Source: Reclinomonas americana ATCC 50394
Lineage: Eukaryota
Length of the DNA: 41,657 bases
Direction of reading: 5' to 3'
Assembly: GCA_048213135.1 (NCBI GenBank)
Contig: PS015249.1
Location: 101,867 to 143,523 of the forward strand
A program made the position numbers and the translations under genes. The notes beneath the pieces are model-generated. The model made no database searches. It had not been told where the DNA came from and saw only the letters and a program-made list of their open reading frames with translations. Of the stretch, positions 25,308-36,165 are shown one piece after another. The number at the start of each line of letters is the position of its first letter. The first letter of the stretch is position 1.

Positions 25308-27337
25308 ATGATGGCACTGCAACACCCAGGCGCTACCTCTCCCCAACCACCACCACCAGCAGCTGCAACTGAAGACGTGCCCACTGCTGCAGTCATTGCC
25401 TCGCCCTCTGCGCACCAGAGAAGGCGCAACAGTGTGAAACGCCCTGCGCAACTCATGGTTGAGGTGCATGAGGAGGACGACGACGATGACGAGGTGACTA
25501 TGATGGACACGGAGGACGGCGACGATGACGACGACGACGATGAGCTCGAGGAGGAGGAGGAGGAGGGCGAGGCGGACGAGGACCGTGGGCGGGTTCCGAA
25601 GTTGATTGTGACGCCCAGCGTCGCCTCGGCCTCTGCTGCAGCATCAGCTGCCACACCGGCTACTGCATCAGCGAGGAAGGCGTGTCGTGTGCCGTTCACC
25701 AAGGCGCAGCGGGAGCGATTGAGAGAGGCTTTTGAGCAGAGCCCGTATCCGAGTCGGTCAGTGAGCGCAATGTGCTCTTCGTTGCTTTGCCTGTCTGTCT
25801 GTTTCTCATCTCTGGATGCGCGCACAGGCAAGTCATTGCGCAGCTGGCGGGCGAGCTGAACCGCACTGCGCGTTCCATTCGCGTCTGGTTCAACAACACG
25901 CGTCTCCGGTACGTCAGTGTATTTCGAACCCATCAGCTCAGTGTGCCCAGCTGCCCCCTCACCAGTGCTTCTGTGGACAGTGATGGAAAGGATCGTGCAC
26001 AGCAGCAGCAGCAGCAATTGTTGCACGCGCGCGTGAGCTTGTTGCGGGCGAGGTCGACATCGCCGAGTGGGATTCGCGCGGGATCGTCGCCATGTGGCAC
26101 TCCGCAGAGTATGTCTGGCGATATGCCGTCGCCGTTTGCGGAGCAGCATCAGCAGCAGCAGTATGGCAGTGGAGCGGAGCCGGCGTACAAGAGAAGGCGC
26201 ACGGATTCGTTGTCGCAGGCCTATTCGCCCATGTCGCTTGCCACGCCCATGTCGGCGACTCTGTCTCCACTGCGTATGATGCATACGCCGCCTCCACCCA
26301 TGCCGACGGTGCTTGGGACTCCCTCCTCCGCGAATGCCATGGGATACATGTTTCCGATGATGTCGTTGCCGCCGACACCGGTAATGACGCCGACGACGAT
26401 GATGACGCCGACGCACTTGTCGGTGTCGACGCTGATGCACGCGCACATGGGCGGCAGTCCGTCACCACCACCACCACCACCGACCATGACGATGATGCAT
26501 CACGCGTCGCCGTCGGTCATTACGCCGGTGCCACCGCCCATGCATGTCGTCACCATGCCGGCATTCTCCTTTGCCTTTCCACCCATGCAGCAGCAACAGC
26601 AGCAGCAGCAGCCATTGCCCCAGCAGCCGCTGCTGGTCAGACCTCGTGCGTCGCCACCACCATCATCGCCACCACCACCACCACCACCACCACCCGCACC
26701 ATCAATCAGCGAGCCATCTTTGCCGACCGCCGCTGCTGAGCCACCACCACCACCACCGCCAGCAGCGCCTGCTGCCGTGTCGCCTGCCAACCTCCCGTCG
26801 CCGACAACTCCCCACGACGTTCCTGTAGAGACCCGACCACCACCACGCTTTGCGGGTGTAGCGAGCCTGACCATGCTGCCGCCGACGGCGCTCATTGGCG
26901 CTTCGTCGGCGCCAGTGTCGCGCTCGAAACACTCGGTGCACACGGGCATCACCCCGACGACGCCGGCGACGAACTACTTGCTGCTTGACTTGTCGCCAGT
27001 GTCGCCTTCAGGCATGACGCCGCTGTTCCCCAGTGGCAGCGACAGCTGGCAACAGCAGCAGCAGCAGCAGCAACAACAACCACCACAATCGCAGCAGCAA
27101 CAGCAGCAGCAGCCGCAACAACAGCAACAGCAGCAGCTGCAGCAGAGTGCCCTGCTGTCTGCGCAGATGGCCATGCAGCAACGGCGACTGCAGCTGTTGG
27201 CAGCGCCGACTACGCTTGCACTCTCCAGCACACCATCGCCGTCGTGGGACGACAATGCCGAGTTTGTCGGCAGCGGCGGCACGTGGAATCAAATCTTTGC
27301 GTCACGAAGTGGCGCAGAGCCGTCGCCGCCGGCATGA
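25308..27337 (+). CDS. Homeodomain transcription factor with acidic and P/Q/M-rich regions
   Basis: After removing introns 25757-25827 and 25909-25965: RKACRVPFTKAQRERLREAFEQSPYPSRQVIAQLAGELNRTARSIRVWFNNTRLR. NLS-like YKRRR. Confidence 0.88.
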
Positions 27338-27453
27338 GTGCCCCCCTGTATCACTACCCTTTCTCCCCCTCTCAAAAACATAATTATGGACTGTTATTGT
27401 ACTAGACGAAACCACTTGTTTGCATTGTGAACATTAATTGCTTTTCATTCGGA

Positions 27454-30400
27454 TTACATGCACACGGGAACGTGGCTGTGAAGGAAATCCCAGTCCCTCA
27501 AGTCGCGTATTACATCGTCACCGGGCAGTGTGGCATACGACTGTGTGCAGACGATGATGATGATGATGGTAAGTACGTGGCGACAAAGGGGTACAGCGTG
27601 GAAGGAGAATGGACGCTCACCGTCGCCTGTCCTCGCAGCTTCTTACCGGCGAGATCTGCCGGTGTGCGCAGCATGCGAGCCTCATGTGCGGCCACCAGCG
27701 CGTCAAACTGCACACACAAGTCAGTGAAACACAGTTCGTTGCACACACGGCTCACCCCAAGATACGACTCACCTCCGTCTCAAACGCCTCCATAATCGGC
27801 CGCTGCGACTCGAGGATTGTGACGCGCACAAACTCCACCGACGTGTCGGGGTGCGTCTGGAAGTATTCGACGATGGTGGCCAGAATGACATGAGCGGATC
27901 TGTGCACAACGAAAAAAAGCATGAGCGACAATCATCGCAGTACGGTGTGGTGGTGGCGGGCGAGCACGGGAGTACGCAACACTGCAGGCGGGCACGAGTA
28001 CACGCCCGTGGCCAAGGCCGGCATGGCAACGCTGCACAGGTTGTACTCGTCGGCCGTCGCCATGATGGAGAGCACGGCCGCTGACAGTGTCTCCTCGTGA
28101 GCTCGCTCGCCGGCTTCGGGCGGCGATCGGAAGTCAGGTGGAACCACGTGGAACACAAACGCTGACGGCAGCGCGCCGGCACTCGTCACCACCACGTCGC
28201 CAGCCGCCAAGCATCGCCGATCGCCAATAATTGCCGCGCACTCGGCGGCCAGGCCTGCACCAGCACGACGCACGAGCTCCGACGGCAGACCCGCCGTCAT
28301 GTCCAGTGTCAAGTTGGCGGGGCACACCAGACCCTCGGCGTCCTCTGCCAGCAGGTCACCCGTGCGAATCTGCAGCAAGTGAATCAGAAAGTCGTGTGAT
28401 TGGCATACGGCGGTGCACAGCAGCACAGTACCTCAATAACACGACCGCAGCGAGTGCGCAGTTGTCGCGAGAGACCACGAAGTGAGGCCGCGTCAGCTGC
28501 GCAGAGACAAAAGGAATAAGCGTACTCTCTACGAAGAACTCATTCAATAGCAAGTAATCACGAACCAGCCACATAGCCCGCATGCACGTACTCTACCACC
28601 TGATCCATCCGCGCGGGCTCTGCCGCCGCCGCCGCCGCCGTCTCTTCCACCGCACGCTGGTGAGCAGGTGTGCTGCTCAGTAACCTCTTGAGGTCGGCCT
28701 TCCAGTGCATGTCCTGCATCGAGCCCCCCGGCAAACAAGTGAGGATTGGAGACGGAAACAAAGGATGTGCACCAGCGCTGTGCTCACCTTGCCAGCATGG
28801 GCGAGGACGCGAGCCATCTCCTCGGCCACACGCGACACGCGCAGCCACTGCTGCTGCGGGTCGAGCATCTCCAGCAATCCGCCGGCATCCATCTCTGCAA
28901 CACACACACGCGTGAGTCCACCGCCACAGCACATTCGCCTTTCTCCCCAACACACAAACCGTGCTTCTTGAGCGCGCGTGCTTCCTGTGGGAACACCGGC
29001 TGGCACGCACGAAGCAGCACCGATGGCTCCCACAGCTTGGAGTCCGCCGTGGGAGTGCGGCCGCGTCCGTCGAGCGCCGCCTCCAACATGCTCCACAGGA
29101 ACGGAGAGAGGACGGGCACGCCGGCGGGCAGCGGACGACCCTCGCACATGAGCTTGGCGAGGATGCGACCGAGAGCCACATCCGAGTCCGCCGACTCGCG
29201 CGCACCCACATCGACAGTATGTGTGTTGAACAGGACGCAGCGGCCGCCTTCGCCCGCGGTGAGCATCTTGGATTCGGCGAGGCCACGGCCAAGAACCTGT
29301 GAGGTATGTGTGAGTGCGTGATTGAGCGCATGTGTGGCGAAGAACGAAAGGCAAGCACGGTAGACGCGCAACATTTGACACATAGGCGTCCGGCATGTCG
29401 GCGCGCAGCAGCTTGTCTGCGCTCATTCTCTTGACCTCGATCAGCAATTCAGGCGTGGTCTGCACGTCGCTCTGCGACGAAGCACGCATGAGTCACTCAA
29501 GCAAGACACTGGCGAGTGAGACATTCTGCTGCCTCACCGATGCAGGCATCATCATCTCCTCCTGCGCGTCGTGAAGACGCTCGAGCTCCAGCACTCGCCG
29601 CTCCGCGTACTGCGCCGGCGACAGATTGGGGTGCAGCGCAAAGTACGCATGCTGCGCCGTGGCACTCTCGTGTGACATGAGGATCTCGGGGCGTGGAGTG
29701 CGGCACGCGGCGGTGAGCACATCGATGCCGAGCGGTTGCGTGACGCGGCATGCGTTGTCGCACGCACGGCGGGCGGTGGTCGCCAGCTGGAACAGGTATG
29801 ACTGGAAGGGAGAAGGTGGAAGGGAAAGTGAGTGAATAAAGGATATGTGGGAAGGGAAGGGTGTGGGAGGGAAAGGTGGCAAGGAGAGAGTGAAGGTGAG
29901 GGTTGATGGGAGAGGGCGAAAGGGAAGTGGAATGGAGCGGGTGGAAAAGGAAGCGTGCAAGGGGCAGGGCGGAAAAGAAAGGCAGAGAAGGGAAGTGAAG
30001 GGTGACGGTGGACGGCAAGAGAAGAACGGGAAAGGGTGGAAGGAGGAAGGTGGCAAGGAGAGAGTGAAGGTGAGGGTTGATGGGAAGGGAAAGGGTACAG
30101 CGTGGAAGAGCAAAGGTGTAAGGGGCAGGGCGGAACAGAAAGGCAGAAGAGAGTGAGGTTGGGAGTCTTCAGATTTCTGGTCGGACTCACCACCACGCTG
30201 CCACGCGACAAGCTGGGAGGCAGATCACCGCGCATCTCCAACAGACTGCACGCCAGCGAGAAGCGGAAGTAGCGAGTGGCCACCCACACCGGATCCGAGT
30301 TGACAGTCACCGAGGAGTAGTCGCACGCCGGCGGCATGTACACCAGGTTGGCCAGATTGCGCGCCATGGTGAGTTCGAGCACCAATTGCGCAATGCAGTC

Positions 30401-32858
30401 CGAGGCGCGCTCCATCGCCACTGTCATCAATGTGCCACGCTGTGGCGACTCGTACAACAATTGTTCGTCCGTGGCCTGCTCGACGAGCGCGGAGTGTGAG
30501 CAAGGAGAAGGAAAGACACATCAAATAGGAGTGTACGGGAGACGCAACACAGCGCATCAAGGCCTCGACAACGAGCACCCGCTCCTCCTCCTGTTCCGTG
30601 ATGCTCTCCGCCACACTCTCGTCGTCGTCGAGCAGCGCATCCTTGACAGACATCGAGGAAGCGGCGGCGCCGTTTCCGAGCGCCAGCATAAGCACAGTGG
30701 TGCCGGAGGCATCGGGTGTGGCCAGGTTGGCCAGCAGGACCTCCTCGGCATCGTCAAAGTCGTCCTCCAGCAGCCAGAGGAGAGCCAGCGGGTAGAACGC
30801 GGCCATTTGGTGGAGCGGAGTCGTTCCGTTTTCTGCAAGAGGCAATTGATTGTTGAGTGTCACATGAAGAGACAATTCAGAATGCAGAGCATACGCACCA
30901 CTGACGGTGAGCGCCTCGGCGGGAACCACGGTCAGCGCACGGCGCAGGAGCGCGCCGTTGCCACGGAACGCGAGTTGTGACAGCAGGTTGGCCGAGAAGA
31001 ACATGTCGGGATTGAAATTGCCACCGAATCCGCGGAAGCCACCACCGCCACCGCCGTTACCACCACCACCACCGCCACCACCACGCCAGTCGTCGGTTCG
31101 TCTCCTCTTGTACGGTCCCGACTCGTCGTCGTCACCGCCACTGCCATCGCCGCCGCCGCTGCCGTCTTCGTCGTCGTCGTGCGCATCGTCCGAGTCTCCG
31201 GAATCGATGCCGCGCTTGCCGCCGCCAAGAATGGCGTCGGTGCTGGCCGGCACCACGTACACGCGATGCGGCAGCGAGAGGGAGCCATCGGCGGCACCCA
31301 GCACCACGTCACATGCGCCAGGTGATTCGAGGAGCACGCACACCAGCACCGACTCCTCGGCGAGACCGAGCCCCTGCGAACCGGGGGGCAGATAGAACGG
31401 GCCGGCCACGACGCGCGCCACTTGTGGACTCGCCGGCACGTTGTAGGCGGCGGAGCTGAAAGCGTGCGCTCGATCCACATCGTGGAAGCGACGGCGACTC
31501 GCGTCGCTCACTCGTTGCGTGAACTGCAGCCACACTGGCGACTGCTGGTTCGGCGGCGGCGACAGCATATACTCGCTGGCCGTCGGCGTCAGCGCAAACA
31601 CCGAGGCACTTCGCTCGCCAGAGACGTTCAAGTGCTGGAACGAAGGCATGAGCGGCGGGCGCGCGGGTTGCCGAACTGCGAATGGGGAGGGAAGATTGTG
31701 AGGCGGCGAAGAAAGACGGGGAGGCAAGTGAAGGAGACGCAACGAGGTGTGGACACGTCAGTCAAGCGCAGGCGCACGAGAAAGTCGCCGAGGCGCAGCG
31801 TGCGCACGCCCATTTTCTCGTCCTCGGCCGCTTGCTCTGCGTCCTCCTCCTCCTCCTCTTCATCCTCGTCCTGGCCGTCCACCGACATGGACGGCTTGCC
31901 AGCAAAGTGCCACTCACGCGACCGCGTGTACGTGACGTCAATGGCCGAGGCCACACACAGGCGCAAGCCGGTGCAGGAGGGGCTCAGTGGGGCGCTGAGC
32001 AGGACCGTCGATGATGATGATGATGANNNNNNNNNNNNNNNNNNNNNNNNNNNNNNNNNNNNNNNNNNNNNNNNNNNNNNNNNNNNNNNNNNNNNNNNNN
32101 NNNNNNNNNNNNNNNNNNNNNNNNNNNNNNNNNNNNNNNNNNNNNNNNNNNNNNNNNNNNNNNNNNNNNNNNNNNNNNNNNNNNNNNNNNNNNNNNNNNN
32201 NNNNNNNNNNNNNNNNNNNNNNNNNNNNNNNNNNNNNNNNNNNNNNNNNNNNNNNNNNNNNNNNNNNNNNNNNNNNNNNNNNNNNNNNNNNNNNNNNNNN
32301 NNNNNNNNNNNNNNNNNNNNNNNNNNNNNNNNNNNNNNNNNNNNNNNNNNNNNNNNNNNNNNNNNNNNNNNNNNNNNNNNNNNNNNNNNNNNNNNNNNNN
32401 NNNNNNNNNNNNNNNNNNNNNNNNNNNNNNNNNNNNNNNNNNNNNNNNNNNNNNNNNNNNNNNNNNNNNNNNNNNNNNNNNNNNNNNNNNNNNNNNNNNN
32501 NNNNNNNNNNNNNNNNNNNNNNNNNNNNNNNNNNNNNNNNNNNNNNNNNNNNNNNNNNNNNNNNNNNNNNNNNNNNNNNNNNNNNNNNNNNNNNNNNTGG
32601 CGAGGAGGCGGCGGCGGCGGCGGAGTACAGCAGTTGTGGGGTGACCGGCAAGAGGAAGCCGGCGACGGGGGCGTTGGTAGGGAGCTAATGAGGGGGAAGG
32701 GGAAGGGGGAAGGGGTGGGTGACGGGAGGGGGGAAAGGGGAGGGGGAAGGGGAGGGAGGATGTAAGGAGAAGTAAAGATGCAGGGAACTAGAAGGAGGGG
32801 GAAAGGGAGGATCGTAATGCTTCGCACGAAGCGCAACTCGCTCTTTGCTCTCGCTCAT
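27454..32858 (-). CDS. Large multidomain protein: beta-rich N-region, NLS, Gly-rich region, ankyrin repeats, HECT-N-lobe-like stretch, C-terminal macrodomain
   Basis: About 15 phase-compatible exons spanning one gap. Ankyrin-like ENGTTPLHQMA and DASGTTVLMLAL. Macrodomain IRTGDLLAEDAEGLVCPAN...GDVVVTSAGAL...VFHVVPP...SVAMPALATGVYSCP. Stop TAA at 27454; the first exon is tentative. Confidence 0.78.
29790..30190. repeat. Pyrimidine-rich intron with an internal duplication (period about 160-175 bp)
   Basis: aaggtggcaaggagagagtgaaggtgagggttgatggga (x2) and aaggggcagggcggaa-agaaaggcaga (x2). Confidence 0.75.
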
Positions 32859-33003
32859 AGACTCACTAGAAAAGCACGTTAACAACAGCGACTAATCTTG
32901 GGGGAAGGGAGGAAAGATTGTAATGCTTCGCATGAAGCGCAACTCGCTCTTTGCTCTCGCTCATAGACTCACTAAAAAGCACGTTAACAACAGCGACTAA
33001 TCT
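32810..33003. repeat. Near-perfect tandem duplication (106-bp period) containing a micro-exon
   Basis: gtaatgcttcgca-gaagcgcaactcgctctttgctctcgctcatagactcacta-aaaagcacgttaacaacagcgactaatct occurs twice. Confidence 0.9.
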
Positions 33004-33519
33004 GATGCACACGATTAACTCCGCCACTCTCTCTACGTTGCAATGAATTTCAATCGATGACGATTGACAATCAAACAGTGAATACAAACGTTTCTAGCTC
33101 TGTCGATGCTTCACTACATGCAACGTGACAACGGATAGCAAGGAGACCACGTTACACGGAAGGGGGTGAAGGAGAAGGAGGAGGAAGCTGATGAGCGTCT
33201 GATTAACGAACTTCACAGCGGTGTGCATATCATAGAAGCAGGAAGCCACATTTAACAGCGCATACAAACAGCCTGGCTGGCATCAAGAATAGAAGGCATC
33301 CGTCTCACTACGGCGCAAGACGCATCAAGAGCAGGAGACATGCTGGCATTCTCTATCAATCATCACACGAATGAAAAGACCTCAATCTCGATTCGACACA
33401 AGCCGCATCAAGAGCAGCGAATCAGGCAGGAGTCAGACTGGCCTCTTCATCACATACAAACACGAGACGACATCAATGTCACTGCGGCACACAAGGCGCA
33501 AAGAGCAGTGGATTGGGAG

Positions 33520-33866
33520 ACAGGCTGACCTCCACACTCTCCAACTATCCAACTGCGACACAGGAAGCTCCAGATAAAAAACAAAGAAGCAGGAGACAGG
33601 CAAGCTTCCACACTCTGCAACTGTCTAACTGCGACACAAGAAGCTCCAGAGAGAAAGCAACACAGCAGAAGACAGGCAAGCCTCCACATCTAACTGCGAC
33701 ACAAGAAGCTCCAGATAAAAAGCAAAGTAGCAGTAGACACTCTCCAACTCTCTAACTGTGACACAGGAAGCTCCAGATAAAAAACAAAGAAGCAGGAGAC
33801 AGGCAAGCCTCCACACTTTCCAACTCTCTCACTGCGACACAAGAAGCTCCAGATAAGAAGCAAAGC
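33520..33866. repeat. Minisatellite, 5 units of 62-76 bp
   Basis: Core actgcgacacaRgaagctccaga at about 33551, 33627, 33692, 33754 and 33830; the intervening segments are homologous to each other. Confidence 0.9.
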
Positions 33867-34199
33867 TGGCATCGTTCTGCCTAATTATCTGTTCTCATTC
33901 CCATGCTCACCACTACACTTCTCACAGTCTACACAGTACACGCTGCCACACACAATCATTTCTCATTTTCACAGGAGGCAGCCACGCGACCAATGCACCA
34001 CTCAATAAAAAAGAAGCAGCCACTCAACAAACAATAAACTGAAACCAACACAACACGACCACCACACGAAAACAGCACCAAAAGCACAGCAAACGGTGAC
34101 CAAAACACGAAGCAAAAAAACCGGGTGCGAGACACAAATCAATACATCATGCGTCTGCGTCACTCTTTCCCTCACACACTCAACACACACGACACTCAC

Positions 34200-34405
34200 A
34201 CGAGAGAGATGTGTGTGTGTGTGTGTGTGCGTGTGTGTGCGTCGTGCGTGTGTGCCTGTGTGTGTGTGGCCGCAAAGTCACTCGCGACCACACACTGAGA
34301 CACGCACACACAACACACGCTCTCTCTCTCTCTCTCTCCCTCCTCCCCCCCTCCCTCTCTCTCTCTCACTCACACACACGCACACACACACGCACACACA
34401 CGCGC
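34200..34405. repeat. (GT)n / (CT)n / (CA)n microsatellite cluster
   Basis: GT tract 34210-34268, CT tract 34321-34367, CA tract 34372-34405. Confidence 0.85.
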
Positions 34406-36165
34406 AAAGTTAAAACAGAAACAGTGTTGTTTCCCTCTCTTTCCCTCCTCTCTCTCTTTCCTCTTTTCTCTGCCTCTCTTACCTCAAAGCACATGAGATG
34501 TGGTCGACAATGCTCCACATATGCCATTGAGACACTTGTGGTCGTCATTGCTGATGACGCACAGTGGCGGTGTCGACATGCGACACTCTCCACGTGAATC
34601 ATTCGTGTGTGAGAGAGAAAGAGTCACAAAGAAGAATGAGTGTCTATCTGTCTGTCTTCTTGTGAGTGTTTGTTGTGTGGTTGTGTGTGCGTGCAACCGC
34701 CTGAGTGAAGTGTGTGTCAATGCAAGCTGGCCGCCGCTTCGTGTGGAATCTGGCTGCCTGCTGTTAGACAAGGGAATATCGATGCGTGCATTGGGCCGGG
34801 CGGTGTTTCCCCTGTGTGCTGTGTGAGTGGCTGGGCGTGTGTGTCGTGTGCGTGCTTGGCGACTGTGCTGGCGGTGTGTGTGGGCGTGTGTGTGATGGTT
34901 TTCTGTCGTGTACTCTATTCGAACATGGATCCCGGTGATTGCCTTTCTCGGCGGTGTACATATTTCACCACGGTTTTTTGTGCCGGGGTTTCACTTGTGA
35001 TGCAAGGCGAGTTGACGGCGGCTATCGGGTGGTGGTGGTGGGGGAGTGGAGATGGAGAGGAGAACTAAGTTGCAAAATGATTCATTCGACCAAAAACAGC
35101 TGTTTTTACGAGATTTCTTCGTGGCAGGGGTAATTGTGTGCGTGCGTTCTCTCTCGGATTATCGAAGATTTGCAGTTCGGTTTCCTCAGCCACGTATACG
35201 CGTAGAGCTCCTGCACACACAGCCAGTCATGAGCCGTGGTTTCGAATTCTCTTGCAGAAACGCCAGCATGCCATCTCGACTTTTTCTCGAGTTCGTTTTT
35301 CCTGTGATGTCTGAGTTTCTCGTGCTCACTCAGATGGTGCTCATCATGCAGCTCATAGCAGAGTGGAGTAGACGCAGTCCCCGCGCTTCTGCAGTCTCCG
35401 CTGCACACTGCAGCAGCTCAGTTGCAAGCTTCGCCTGTCTCGGCGGATTCGCGCAGCTCCGATCCCGGCGCCGCCGCAGCAAGGCGACCCGCCAAGTTTC
35501 CGAACAGCTGGCACCCACCCTTGTACAGTTAGTCATCCTCCAGTGTCAGCTCCCACAGCTCGTGGCATCGATAAGCTGAAGGCCAGGCGACCGTGCAAGT
35601 ATGCACGCCAAGAGTCGACTCTGGCCTCATGATCATAACTTGGACACGGGAATCTCACGGTAGTGATAGACCAGGCGACCTGTGGCACATCCGCGCAGTG
35701 GACGCGCCGCCAGTTACTGGCACACGCCCTTACGTATACCTCCCGCCGATCGAATGCATGTACACCGTCCAAATCCAGCACACGCAACTCTCGCGACAGC
35801 GATCGATCAGCCACCACTGTCGGCTCTGGCTCCCGACGCTGCAAGGCGACGGTCGAGAGAGATGCTCCGTGTGCGGCATATTCCGACACGCTAGATGTAG
35901 AAACAGCTGTTTTCGCTGCGTCGCGCTGACATGATAGACCTCCTCCCCACCACCGTGGTGGCCTCCAAAACAGACAAGCAGCCAGCGTGGGTGGGTGGAG
36001 TGGAGTGGTGGACGCCTGCATGAACAGAGGGGACGACGGAGGAGCAGTTGGAATATGCCCATTTGGCGCCCACTCCTCCTGTGTTGACAAATGCGGAAGT
36101 CCGCCGGATGCAAAAAGAATTTCAGCAGTTGTTATTGAAGTCTCCTGTGTGGTGTTGTTTGATTA

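Noticed and set aside
25151-26446. Long antisense or alternative-frame ORFs (e.g. 431 aa here, 16191-17444, 19345-20937)
   Set aside because: They are shadows of GC-rich coding sequence or run through low-complexity introns.
5836-28370. ADP-ribosylation gene cluster (PARG plus macrodomain)
   Set aside because: The genes are about 20 kb apart across several gaps with unrelated genes between, and no PARP/ART is seen.
33520-33866. CRISPR-like array
   Set aside because: The spacers are homologous to each other, there are no cas genes and the context is eukaryotic; it is a minisatellite.
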